Part shown: one piece after another, positions 38,737 through 48,002 of the stretch
Layout: every line of letters begins with the position of its first letter
How positions within the stretch are numbered: the stretch's first letter is position 1
The notes under the pieces: generated by a model
What the model saw: the letters and a program-made list of their open reading frames with translations, nothing else
Database searches by the model: none
What the model was told of the DNA's origin: nothing
DNA from: a virus
Taxonomy: Duplodnaviria; Caudoviricetes
Virus record (IMG/VR): IMGVR_UViG_3300043754_000129
Span: 32,001-96,000 of that record
Strand: one strand, 5' to 3'
Length of the DNA stretch: 64,000 bases
Translations under genes and position numbers: made by a program

Positions 38737-40356
38737 TTAGAAGCTCCTTGAGGCCAACGCAATGGTGAGTTGCGCGAGTTTTACTTTGAAATTACCTGGT
38801 ACACCGTAGCTGCGATCCGACGTGTTCTGTTTGATCGAGCCAACCCACGCTTGGGGGAGCGTGAGAATCCAGGCATGTTCGGAGAGTCCCTTATCCATCA
38901 GATCGATGGACACTTCCGCGGGGCTTGGCAGGCGTTGCGTTTTCTGCTTGCCGCCTTGCTGACGCGGGAAGGGATACCACTTGGTAAGCTCTTCGATCGT
39001 CTGGGGAGACAACCGTTGACGAGGACCGCCTTCCGCTGCGGTATGTTCGTCATAGCTCGGACGCGGGATCGCCGAGACCAGCGCTGCCAGTTCCGGATAA
39101 CCCTTGTGCCAGTAGATTGCTTGCGCAACCGCCACGGCTTCGAGCTTCGAGTTCTTGTAGAAGTAGTGCAGAGCCTGCGGGCGCATCTGACCGCGATAGA
39201 CACGCATCCACGACGGGAAGCCTGCCGGATTCGTCGGGCGATTCGGGCCGCTGTAGTTCAGCACATACATCGTCAGCACTTCTTGCTGCTTGGTCGGCGG
39301 AACCGAGGCCAATTGCTTGACCGATTCGTAAGACGCTTCGAGCACGTCGAGCGGCAGGTCCGGACAGATCGTCAGTGCGATGCGTCGCATTTCGCGCGCT
39401 GCAAAGAGGAACGGGGCGATCTTGCCTTCGGCGATGTCGGACTTGACCTTGCAGCTTTCGAGTTTCGATTGCTGATTGTCATCCGAAGCAGCGGCGCCTT
39501 CGACTTTCTTTTCCCGCACGATCTGGCTAAAGCCATTGTCGCTGCGTTGCTTCGTCTTGTGCTTGATGAAGCTAAACATCTGCGAGGCGAGGTGAGCCTT
39601 CGGCTGAAGACCCTTCACATCGCTGATGATCAACTTACGCACCAGCACCAAGCCCATCATCCATTCCGGATAATCTTCGACCGACACCCCACCATGCAGG
39701 ATGTGACCGGAGTTGCTGATGTCCACCTTTTTATCGCTGGACAGTTGGGCGCGTACATACAGACGCAGACGATCCATCGGCGCCGACTTCGAGAGTTGAC
39801 TGCGCGCAAGCAACTGGAACGCGTAGTACTCTTTCCAATTCGGACCGAAGTCTTCCTTGATGTAGGCGATGAATTCGCCCCACACCGGCAAGAGCGGACG
39901 CAGGGCAATCGAGAGCCCGACGAGCCACACGTAATCCTCGCGCAGATAGGTCCCGTCTGCCGAACCCGGCATTTGGTACTGCACGAAGACTTCTTTCAGA
40001 TCGGGCGGCAAGAAGATCTGCCCGTAGAAATCCATCCAATGCTTGATGGAGTCAAGCGGATGGAAATCGGAGAGTTGCGCCACGAGGTTGAACAGGCTGT
40101 GCATCAGCTGCTCGTTGCTCGGGTAATCGCGGAAGACGTTTTTGATTTGCTCGTAGAGAGCGAAGATCTGGTCTTGCACGTCCATGGGGAGACGCGCCCA
40201 GTATTGATTGATCTCGCCGAAGACATCGTGTTCGAGCTTGGCGATGATGTTCTTGTAGTCGCTGATGTTGAAATCGATAGTGCGACCACGATGATGCAGG
40301 GTGACTTCTGACCGACTGGAATCCGAGAGACTTATGTTACTAATTCGCAGTTCCAA
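38737..40356 (-). CDS. Non-virion RNA polymerase sigma-like promoter-specificity subunit (phiKZ gp68-like)
   Basis: VFGEINQYWARL, TYLREDYVWLVGLSIALRPLLPVWGEFI and IYWHKGY match my recall of phiKZ gp68 (VFQEINDYW; TYLKHDY...ALRPLVPIWGEFI). Confidence 0.82.
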   Translation of the reverse strand: MELRISNISLSDSSRSEVTLHHRGRTIDFNISDYKNIIAKLEHDVFGEINQYWARLPMDVQDQIFALYEQIKNVFRDYPSNEQLMHSLFNLVAQLSDFHPLDSIKHWMDFYGQIFLPPDLKEVFVQYQMPGSADGTYLREDYVWLVGLSIALRPLLPVWGEFIAYIKEDFGPNWKEYYAFQLLARSQLSKSAPMDRLRLYVRAQLSSDKKVDISNSGHILHGGVSVEDYPEWMMGLVLVRKLIISDVKGLQPKAHLASQMFSFIKHKTKQRSDNGFSQIVREKKVEGAAASDDNQQSKLESCKVKSDIAEGKIAPFLFAAREMRRIALTICPDLPLDVLEASYESVKQLASVPPTKQQEVLTMYVLNYSGPNRPTNPAGFPSWMRVYRGQMRPQALHYFYKNSKLEAVAVAQAIYWHKGYPELAALVSAIPRPSYDEHTAAEGGPRQRLSPQTIEELTKWYPFPRQQGGKQKTQRLPSPAEVSIDLMDKGLSEHAWILTLPQAWVGSIKQNTSDRSYGVPGNFKVKLAQLTIALASRSF

Positions 40357-40406
40357 TTGGGGACCTCCTAAAAAGGAACTATCATTGTTGTTGCTTCAAC
40401 AAGGAA

Positions 40407-40414
40407 GTAATATA
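40407..40414 (-). promoter_or_regulatory. Early (vRNAP) promoter motif TATATTAC
   Basis: Exact match to the phiKZ early promoter consensus, 51 nt upstream of the gp68-like gene. Confidence 0.6.
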
Positions 40415-40531
40415 TCGCCATTTCCTTGTTCATTCGTTTTACCAACTTCGTTCTCTACTGCGGCCGCGGGGAGCCCTTGACTCTCCCCGCGGATACTACT
40501 CCTTCACTCTCTCTGGTCAGCCTACATCAGC

Positions 40532-41284
40532 TTACCAGGGGATGTCGTCGTCCGACGTGGTCGTCGAGGTCTCGACCTGGCGCGAACCGCCGCCATTGCC
40601 ACCGCCGTTGTTGTTCCACTGGCGCTGGCCGCCACCTTGGCCACCGCCTTGGCCACCCTTACCACCAGTCGGATCCCACGGGATGTCCTTGTAGTTGTGG
40701 ATGATGAAGTGCGGCAGCACCGAGCGCAGCGTGTTCGTCCAGCCCAGCGCGAAGATTTCCGAGCATTCGCTCTTGCTGACTTGCTCGCCCGACTTGTGAA
40801 CGAGGTTGTGGAAGTCCGTGATGCCGAACGAGAACTTGATGCGCGGACGATTCGGCTTGAGCACCGACAGCCAGACGATACCGTCGACGTCCTTGCCGAA
40901 GTGCACTTCTGCGACCGGCATCGGACCGTCGCTGCGGCGACCGTTCATGAAGGTGATTTCCTTCACTTCCCACTTGATCTTGTCCTCGGTACCCGCCGGG
41001 CCCTTGGCGATGCGGTCGAGCTTTTCGAGCAGCGCGTAGAAGACGGGCGGATCGAACTCGGCCGTGATCTTGCCGTAGCCATTGCGTTCGCCCTGATCTT
41101 CCGGGTCACGCGTGGCGACCGTGATGCGAACGAAGGGCTCGCCGAACTTTTCCTTGATGAACACGCCAATCGACAATTGGCTGGTCTTGCCGGGTGCCGT
41201 CGGGCACGGCGTCAGCAAATGGAGACGACGATTGTCGAGGGCGTTCTTGGGACGCGGGGGCGCACGGAAGTTGTTATCGGCCAT
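40532..41284 (-). CDS. Protein with Gly-rich linker and SSB-like acidic tail (phiKZ gp67 position)
   Basis: 250 aa; GGKGGQGGGQGGG...DDDIPW C-terminus. Confidence 0.6.
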   Translation of the reverse strand: MADNNFRAPPRPKNALDNRRLHLLTPCPTAPGKTSQLSIGVFIKEKFGEPFVRITVATRDPEDQGERNGYGKITAEFDPPVFYALLEKLDRIAKGPAGTEDKIKWEVKEITFMNGRRSDGPMPVAEVHFGKDVDGIVWLSVLKPNRPRIKFSFGITDFHNLVHKSGEQVSKSECSEIFALGWTNTLRSVLPHFIIHNYKDIPWDPTGGKGGQGGGQGGGQRQWNNNGGGNGGGSRQVETSTTTSDDDIPW

Positions 41285-41381
41285 GATAGTGCTCTTAGAG
41301 GTGTTGTAGTCAGTCCTTGGGTGGAGAGATGTTTCTATCCAAAGAATGACTTGTTTAGATAAAAAATGCCAGCAATTTTAT

Positions 41382-42242
41382 TTACTGACCGGTAATGATT
41401 TCTTTCAGGATGTCAGACGCCCAATGGTTCTTCATGGCGTCAATCGAGTACCGAATCCGATCGGTTGTTGTGACTTGGGACCAGTTGTATTGCTTCGCGA
41501 TCTCGACGAGCTCCTTGCGTAACTTGTTGTCCATCGGATGGAACGTTTCGTTATCCCCGAACACCTGGAGCATGTCCTCCCGAAACGGGATCATGACCAG
41601 TTCTCGGCCCTGATAGAACTTCGTGTACCACAGCGCCTTGGGCTTGATGATGCCCGTGTGGGACTCAATGAGGTCCATGCGCTTAAAGATCTTCGCCGAG
41701 AGCAGATCATACGCGAAATGCGTAAGAATGCACACGACAGGCAAGTCCGCCTTGTAGAACTCCAGCTTGCGCTTGAAGACCGACAGATTGTCATCGCCCT
41801 TGTGCTTGTGAAGGAGGGCCTCCATCGCGTGCGTTTGAAGGATCGTAAACGCCTTTTGCTTTTGCGTGTTATCCCGGCGAATGGTCGCCCGACGGTACGT
41901 CGTCTCCATGCCTTCGTAATTGCTTACGTAGAAGTGCACGGTGCAGCGCGGATTGAGGTCCCGCACAATCTCGGTGAGGTGCTCCATCTCTTGCGAGACG
42001 GTTTCCGCTGCTTCCACTGGATCCATCATCTCCGCGAGTGACTTCTCCAGGGCACCGATGAAGTTACGAAAGAGCGTACGCAGGTTCACCCACAACGCAT
42101 CGTACTTCAGAATGGGTGCCGGGGATTCCGGACGATCTTCGTAAATCCCCGCGAGCCCCTCCAGCGCAAGGGACGTCGCAATTGAGAGTGGATATTGTCC
42201 AACCGCTCGCTCCGCAATCCCTTCGCTGAACAGGTTCATCAT
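41382..42242 (-). CDS. Conserved protein, possibly 5'-nuclease (T4 RNase H/FEN-like) fold
   Basis: 286 aa; LWVNLRTLFRNF, THFAYDLL and VFGD weakly recall 5'-nucleases; neighbours sbcD. Confidence 0.4.
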   Translation of the reverse strand: MMNLFSEGIAERAVGQYPLSIATSLALEGLAGIYEDRPESPAPILKYDALWVNLRTLFRNFIGALEKSLAEMMDPVEAAETVSQEMEHLTEIVRDLNPRCTVHFYVSNYEGMETTYRRATIRRDNTQKQKAFTILQTHAMEALLHKHKGDDNLSVFKRKLEFYKADLPVVCILTHFAYDLLSAKIFKRMDLIESHTGIIKPKALWYTKFYQGRELVMIPFREDMLQVFGDNETFHPMDNKLRKELVEIAKQYNWSQVTTTDRIRYSIDAMKNHWASDILKEIITGQ

Positions 42243-42430
42243 TTCACCTCATTGTTTTCACGGTTTTGTTGACAGAAGGGCTCGAGGGCCTTTCGGAATG
42301 CTTCCTTCTCTTCGGGCGTCCACTCGTAATCCTCAGACGTCCGCAACCCCGCTGCCTTCATCCGGCAGGGGCACATGGGTTCGCCTTTGATGGGACCCAT
42401 GCAGGCGCACAGACTGATCGGTTCGCTCAT
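42239..42430 (-). CDS. Small Cys-rich protein
   Basis: 63 aa; CACM...MCPC; overlaps the next start (ATGA). Confidence 0.55.
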   Translation of the reverse strand: MSEPISLCACMGPIKGEPMCPCRMKAAGLRTSEDYEWTPEEKEAFRKALEPFCQQNRENNEVK

Positions 42431-42432
42431 GC

Positions 42433-43551
42433 CTATTTCACCTCGTTGATTTTCTTTTCGGCTATGACGAGAAGCTCGGCATCCAACCCCATCGCGGCCA
42501 ACCGCTCCATGAGGAGTTTGGTGATGTTCTCCGAATTGATGTTGATCGCCACATACGTGGTCTCATCGTCCACCAACTCTTCAGCTTCCGGCTTATCGCG
42601 TTCTTTGGGATTCTTGGTCCACGTGAACGACGGATACTCCCGGATCAACACGTCCATGTCCGCAAAGAGCGGGTGGTCGTAATTGGCTTCCAGGCGCACC
42701 GCAGAATCAAACGGCAGGTTGCGCACCTTGCGCTCGATTTCAATGAGCGCCTCTTCCACAGACATCCCGTAACAGTAAATCGTCACGTACTTCTTTGCGC
42801 CGAGATTCTCAACGAACGTCATCTCGTAAGTGCCATCGGCAAAGAGCGTGGCGCGCAAGTGACCCTTGGGTTCCTCTTCTCCGTGCGAGAGTCGATCAAA
42901 TGACCCTTGTGCGAAGATCCGCTCAAAACTCGAGTGGATGTGCACGTGACCAATAAAGATCACATACCGAGTAATCGCGAGATACGCTTGCGAATCATGC
43001 TTCTGAGCCGTGATGTGCGGCGGCAGCTGATACTCGAACTGGCCGTGCATGAACATCAGATCGACTTTATCCAGCCCTTTCGTCTGGAGCAGAGTATGGA
43101 TCTGGCTGAGAGTTTGTTCGGTTGTCGGCGCACTTTCATCGGGTACGAACCCAACCCAGATATCCAGGTCGGGATCGTACTCAACGGAAATGTCTTTAAC
43201 GTAAAGGAGATTGGCGCCAATGTCTGCAATTTGATTGATGGTGACGAAGAGTTGGGATTGCCACCAGTCATGTGACGGGGTGCCTTCGAGCACGTAGATC
43301 TTGATGTCGTGCTTAACGCACAACCGCAAAATCTCCGCAATCCAAATCTTAATCTCCACCAGGTCCTCGTGATTCAAGGACAGGAGGGTGTCAAAGACAT
43401 CCCCCACGAAACAGATCAGATCCAGGGCGGCGGTTTCCTCGTTATCGGGGAAAGCCGCTCTCAGGTTCTGGAGAATGCCGCGAGTCGGGGTGCGCTTGGC
43501 ACCCAAGTGAACATCACTGATCGACGCGACTTTGAGTTCAGAAGTCTTCAT
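42433..43551 (-). CDS. sbcD: SbcD/Mre11-family metallophosphoesterase nuclease
   Basis: SDVHLG, VGDVFD, EGTPSHD, MHGQ and GHVH motifs. Confidence 0.85.
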   Translation of the reverse strand: MKTSELKVASISDVHLGAKRTPTRGILQNLRAAFPDNEETAALDLICFVGDVFDTLLSLNHEDLVEIKIWIAEILRLCVKHDIKIYVLEGTPSHDWWQSQLFVTINQIADIGANLLYVKDISVEYDPDLDIWVGFVPDESAPTTEQTLSQIHTLLQTKGLDKVDLMFMHGQFEYQLPPHITAQKHDSQAYLAITRYVIFIGHVHIHSSFERIFAQGSFDRLSHGEEEPKGHLRATLFADGTYEMTFVENLGAKKYVTIYCYGMSVEEALIEIERKVRNLPFDSAVRLEANYDHPLFADMDVLIREYPSFTWTKNPKERDKPEAEELVDDETTYVAININSENITKLLMERLAAMGLDAELLVIAEKKINEVK

Positions 43552-44221
43552 AGTCCGCTTCCATGGATGGGCTAGGCTGCGTTTGTTGCTGCTGCCCCAC
43601 AGAAGATGACGGTGTTGCGGAAGTATTTACGGTAGCTCCCGGGATGGCGAGCGTGCGTCCATACCGCTTGAAAACCTCGTTCCAGCGCATCACCGTATCC
43701 GCCAGTTTTGCACCGCTATTGACAAAGAGCGAGCGTTTGCTGAGCTCCTGCACAAGATAGCGTTCGCTGGCCTTGGGGTGAACCAGGCGCAGCTTTTCCG
43801 CCATGGCCGCAATCTCGGCCACCGGCATGTTCTCCCGGTCCGCAGCATTGCGTACAGGATTAATGCCCTTGTAGTCGAAAAGCGCGGGACACGTGAAGAG
43901 GACTTGACCGGTGCGCGGATCGAACACATCCACGTCCTTGTAAGGCGTGCCGGCAATCGAGATCCAGTCAGCGATCCCTACCTGATGCGGCAGGGGCGCA
44001 GCCTTTTCTTCAGGCGTGAGCTTGAGCAGCTTGGCGAAGTACTTCGTAAAGAGCGGCAGGAAGATCTCGCGGAACTGATCTTCCGGCAAACGCGCGACGT
44101 CATCCTTGGCGATATCCGTGAGGATGCGCGAGACATCGTTGATGTACTCGCTTTTCCCCTCATCGTGACCCGCCACGGCTTTGGCGTGGGCTTCACGCCA
44201 GTTCTGATAGTTACCAGACAT
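43538..44221 (-). CDS. Conserved hypothetical protein
   Basis: 227 aa; overlaps sbcD; AAGGAG RBS. Confidence 0.7.
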   Translation of the reverse strand: MSGNYQNWREAHAKAVAGHDEGKSEYINDVSRILTDIAKDDVARLPEDQFREIFLPLFTKYFAKLLKLTPEEKAAPLPHQVGIADWISIAGTPYKDVDVFDPRTGQVLFTCPALFDYKGINPVRNAADRENMPVAEIAAMAEKLRLVHPKASERYLVQELSKRSLFVNSGAKLADTVMRWNEVFKRYGRTLAIPGATVNTSATPSSSVGQQQQTQPSPSMEADYEDF

Positions 44222-44230
44222 TCTGGCTCC

Positions 44231-44875
44231 TTAAGCGACTTCCGTCGGCATCACGACTTCGCTCGGCATTTCCACAGCAGCGGCTGCGGCCGGCGCATTG
44301 GGCGCCTTATTGAAACCGTGCGGATCGTCGTAGGCTTCCGGATGTTGCGGCTGCATGATCGTGAAGTACAGGAACTGCACGTTGCGAATGCCGAGGGCTT
44401 TCGCTTGACGCTTCAGTTCGTTCTGAATCATCGGCGTCAGATGCTGCGGCACGTTCTTCGCGGCCGTGAAGACACCTTCACGATAGGCAAAGAGATTGTA
44501 GTCGAGGATCTCGGGTTCGCCCGTGATCGGCTTGTACGGGTCCTGGTTGTCGGCGAGCACCGGCGTGTAGTACACGACGAAGCAGTTCTCGCTGGCGATC
44601 GGGAACACGGTTTGCACGAGCACCGCCTTCGTGGGCAGCAGCTGCGGCTTGGTGAGCACTTCGCTCATCTTGATCGCATGCGGCAGACGGCGGCGATCGA
44701 GGTATTCGTGCTGGCTGAAGTGCACCACATCGAAGATCGCCTTCGTGACCTTTTCGATGCTTTCCTGGAACCAGGCGGGCGCAGCCGCATCGGGCGACGC
44801 AATGCCATTGGGACGGTCGGGATCCTGATAGGGCGGTTCCGTGCTCGGCTGATGCACTTGATGCAGATTCGTCAT
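44231..44875 (-). CDS. Conserved hypothetical protein
   Basis: 214-aa ORF in the operon. Confidence 0.7.
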   Translation of the reverse strand: MTNLHQVHQPSTEPPYQDPDRPNGIASPDAAAPAWFQESIEKVTKAIFDVVHFSQHEYLDRRRLPHAIKMSEVLTKPQLLPTKAVLVQTVFPIASENCFVVYYTPVLADNQDPYKPITGEPEILDYNLFAYREGVFTAAKNVPQHLTPMIQNELKRQAKALGIRNVQFLYFTIMQPQHPEAYDDPHGFNKAPNAPAAAAAVEMPSEVVMPTEVA

Positions 44876-44883
44876 GTTCTTTT

Positions 44884-45336
44884 CTACGTTGTCAGTTGTT
44901 GCAAGATCGTGTTGTTCGAAGTCGACCCAGTGTTATTGATGCGTACTGCCTTCAAGAACTTCGAATCGGCCATGGAGATCAACTGCGTGAAAGCGTAGAC
45001 CGTGCCCGCTTCCTTCACACTGATGTAGACAGTGAGGGTGATCTCACTGCTCTGATTACCAGAGGTCACGTCATCACTCGTAACCTGCACAATAGCAGAC
45101 TGGTAGTAACGGCCTAGGAACTGCTCCAGGCATGTACGGATCGCATCGCACGTCTTCGGCATGTTGCCCGAGTTCTGTTCGATGAGATACGTGATCGATG
45201 AAATCTGACCCTGAAACGTGTAGGTCTGATTGTTCATGGACTCATAGAAATGAGCCATGAGAAAGTCGGCTTTCTGCTGGGGGGTCACAATCCAGCCGCC
45301 GACAGACAGGGTTGGTACTGGCGTGACAGTTGCCAT
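44884..45336 (-). CDS. Conserved hypothetical protein
   Basis: 150-aa ORF with GAGAGG RBS. Confidence 0.65.
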   Translation of the reverse strand: MATVTPVPTLSVGGWIVTPQQKADFLMAHFYESMNNQTYTFQGQISSITYLIEQNSGNMPKTCDAIRTCLEQFLGRYYQSAIVQVTSDDVTSGNQSSEITLTVYISVKEAGTVYAFTQLISMADSKFLKAVRINNTGSTSNNTILQQLTT

Positions 45337-45452
45337 GCGCCTCTCACATGTTTAGTCGTGGACATAAAATCACGACCAAAAAGAAGATGGCATAGAAAGC
45401 GGGGGCCGTAGCCCCCACCTTACAGCTGTCGTGCTTCTCCTCCCAACAGCCT

Positions 45453-46085
45453 TTAACGTTTGTTGCCGGCCTTCGACGTGAAGTCCTCCACACCCTGATC
45501 GATGTGGATTTGTTGCACGTCCCAGGTATTGAACACGTCCGACTTTTCGTCCATCGTCGGCTCCCGATCACCCTCTTCAACTTCCGCGAGGAAGTGATAG
45601 GTCACGTGGCCATCGAAGTCGTCAGTCTTTACTTCTTGCATCACGCCGTTGTGCAGCAGACGCCAGTCGTAGTGTTCGAGTTCCTTGCGACCCCAGTAGT
45701 TGTCGACGTACGTATCGGAGTAACCGTCGATCAGCTGCTTGTGATAAAGATCACGAGTGCCCGGGTGCGTCATGACCCACCGCTGCATCACGGGAGGCGC
45801 ATTCTGCAAGTGGCTCAGCTTCTCGATGTACTGAATCCGATCCGGCAGGAACATCGCATCGAAGCGTCGAATCGCGGCTCGTGCGGCTCGCATTGCTTCC
45901 GAGCTATTGAACGAGTCGTAGATCGACTGGGCACTGCTCAGAAACTGCTTACCGAAGTCCGTGAGTGCACCCATGCTGAACGACGCCAGCTGATTCTGCA
46001 AATACTGCATGGTTCCGGGATGTCGATCGGTTCCATACACCAGTGCATTATAAGCGTTGGCGTCACCGGTAATTACCAGTGCCAT
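45453..46085 (-). CDS. Conserved hypothetical protein (approx. phiKZ gp59 position)
   Basis: 210-aa ORF downstream of the beta' N subunit; identity by synteny only. Confidence 0.65.
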   Translation of the reverse strand: MALVITGDANAYNALVYGTDRHPGTMQYLQNQLASFSMGALTDFGKQFLSSAQSIYDSFNSSEAMRAARAAIRRFDAMFLPDRIQYIEKLSHLQNAPPVMQRWVMTHPGTRDLYHKQLIDGYSDTYVDNYWGRKELEHYDWRLLHNGVMQEVKTDDFDGHVTYHFLAEVEEGDREPTMDEKSDVFNTWDVQQIHIDQGVEDFTSKAGNKR

Positions 46086-46257
46086 CTTAACCCCCGTAAA
46101 CGTTCAACGGGAATTGAGTGGTGCCGAACTCGATGGCGTGCGGGTTGTACTTCTTGAAGTTGAACTTCTCGAGTACCTTCGGATCGAGCAGCAGCCCATC
46201 TTCGCTGACCTGGGGGTTTTCCATCGGAATCGTTTCCATAATCGCTCCTTGGTTCGA

Positions 46258-47784
46258 TTAGGCGGCTTCGGGAATCAGTGCCATGCGACGCAGCACTTCC
46301 GGATCGGCTTCTTCCGGTTGCGTCCAGCCCATCCAGTTGCTGATGGTCGAGATCGCGGTGTTCGGCATGGACAGATTCTTCGAAACCGTGCGCGGGGCGT
46401 TCATATCGAAGGTCGACATGTGGGGAGCAAGTCGAGACAGATCTTCTTCAATGACCATGTCCAGCGCAAGAGTACAGTTCAGCTGATCGCCATCGAAGTC
46501 GGCATTGAAGCCCTTGACGATCAGAATCGACATCGAGATCGTCGGGATATTCACGTCGGTCTTCACCTTCGTGACGTACACCGTCTGGCACGATGCACGA
46601 CCCAGCGACGGATTACGTTGCAGCGTGATGCAGATGCCTTTGCCACTCGGTGCGCGAGCGATGAGTTCCTGGAAGATCGCATCGAGGCGCGGACAGTATT
46701 TCGCCGTATGCGCTGCGATGTAAGCGTCCGCTTCCCACGGCGTCATGCCGTCTCGCATGAGCAGCTTCTTGATGTGCAACTCGAGCGACGCAATGCCGAT
46801 ACCCCACGGGATGTGGACTTCGTCATAGCGGTGCGCGGCCGTGAGCGAGGAAATCACTGCACGGAAGCTGAAGTGCGAACGCGTGCCGTAGACGTGCTTA
46901 CGGAACGTGCCTTCCTTCTTTGCCAGAACGTTGCGCTCGTATTCGTCGTAGAACGTCGACGTTTCCGAGATCATCTTGATGGTGCGGTTCTCGCGTACGC
47001 GCTCCGAGTGAATCGAAAGCGGGCTATCGATGCCGACCATCAGGCGAATCGCATTCACGGCTACAGGCGCAGTGGCATCCACATACGTGCCCATGCTCGT
47101 TTCTTCCAGCACGAGGATCGACCGGTTGGGGAGTGGCAGATACTCGCTGAAGATGCGATCGCGGTTTTCTGCGATGAGACGCTTAAGCGGCTCGAGCTTC
47201 TTGCGGTAGTACTTCAAGTTGAACATGAAATGCATGATCTCGTCGAAGTTCCGCACGAAGTTGTTATACCCTCGTGGCAGATTTTCACTGCGCAGAATGT
47301 CAATGACCGGGGGTTCCTTGATACCCTGTGGTCGGTAAGTCGTGTCGCAGATCCAGCGCATCACATCGAACGAGCCTTTCTCAAAGCCCTTCTGATCCGA
47401 GAGCATCGTCCAGATGATCGGATTGATCAGTCCCTTACCTCCAGGGGCCGATTCACGAACGCCCTTAGGTGCACGCACCCAGATGAGCGGCTCGAGGTCA
47501 CCTTCATGCAGTGCACGCACCGGCGTATTACACTCCGGACAAACCACGGCCGGAATGAAGTCGTCGCCGAGCTTATCCGCACCGATGGTGGCACCGCATT
47601 CACACGACGGGATATTCGAGAGCAGATCCGAATTGATCAGATCGTACTTGGTGAAGATCAGACCGTCATTGTGTTCGCGTTCCTGTTCCGTTACATTGGA
47701 CAGGTCGTTGATGATGATTGGATCTTTGGAGAGATACTGATTGAAGACCGCGTCGTGGTCTCGAATCCGCATATAGACACCCAC
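46258..47784 (-). CDS. Non-virion RNA polymerase beta' N-terminal catalytic subunit (phiKZ gp55-like), uninterrupted
   Basis: Zn finger CECG...CPEC, QRNPSL, and catalytic NADFDGD. Confidence 0.92.
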   Translation of the reverse strand: MGVYMRIRDHDAVFNQYLSKDPIIINDLSNVTEQEREHNDGLIFTKYDLINSDLLSNIPSCECGATIGADKLGDDFIPAVVCPECNTPVRALHEGDLEPLIWVRAPKGVRESAPGGKGLINPIIWTMLSDQKGFEKGSFDVMRWICDTTYRPQGIKEPPVIDILRSENLPRGYNNFVRNFDEIMHFMFNLKYYRKKLEPLKRLIAENRDRIFSEYLPLPNRSILVLEETSMGTYVDATAPVAVNAIRLMVGIDSPLSIHSERVRENRTIKMISETSTFYDEYERNVLAKKEGTFRKHVYGTRSHFSFRAVISSLTAAHRYDEVHIPWGIGIASLELHIKKLLMRDGMTPWEADAYIAAHTAKYCPRLDAIFQELIARAPSGKGICITLQRNPSLGRASCQTVYVTKVKTDVNIPTISMSILIVKGFNADFDGDQLNCTLALDMVIEEDLSRLAPHMSTFDMNAPRTVSKNLSMPNTAISTISNWMGWTQPEEADPEVLRRMALIPEAA

Positions 47785-47896
47785 TTGACTCTCCTTGTTA
47801 GTTCGGGTTGGTTGTCAGTTCGCTTGGGGTTTGTACTACAGAAGATGGCTAGGGTTGGTAATTTTTGTCCTGCAATTCTATTACGCCATCTAAGTA

Positions 47897-47904
47897 GTGA
47901 TATA
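47897..47904 (-). promoter_or_regulatory. Candidate early promoter TATATCAC
   Basis: One mismatch from TATATTAC, upstream of the beta' N gene. Confidence 0.45.
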
Positions 47905-47929
47905 TGTCTGAGCCGTCCTAAAAAGAAAA

Positions 47930-47968
47930 CGGCATAAAAAGACAGGGAGAGGACCGAAGCCCTCTCCC
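47930..47968 (-). terminator. Terminator downstream of chmA
   Basis: On the minus strand: GGGAGAGG-GCTTCGGT-CCTCTCCC, then TGTCTTTTTATGCCG. Confidence 0.7.
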
Positions 47969-48002
47969 GATCTCAGACTACATCAGTTCAGCTGGTCGCT
48001 GA

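Noticed and set aside
32818-47784. Introns, inteins or homing endonucleases in the RNAP genes, as in phiKZ
   Set aside because: Both the beta C and beta' N subunits are single uninterrupted ORFs with no intein or HNH motifs.
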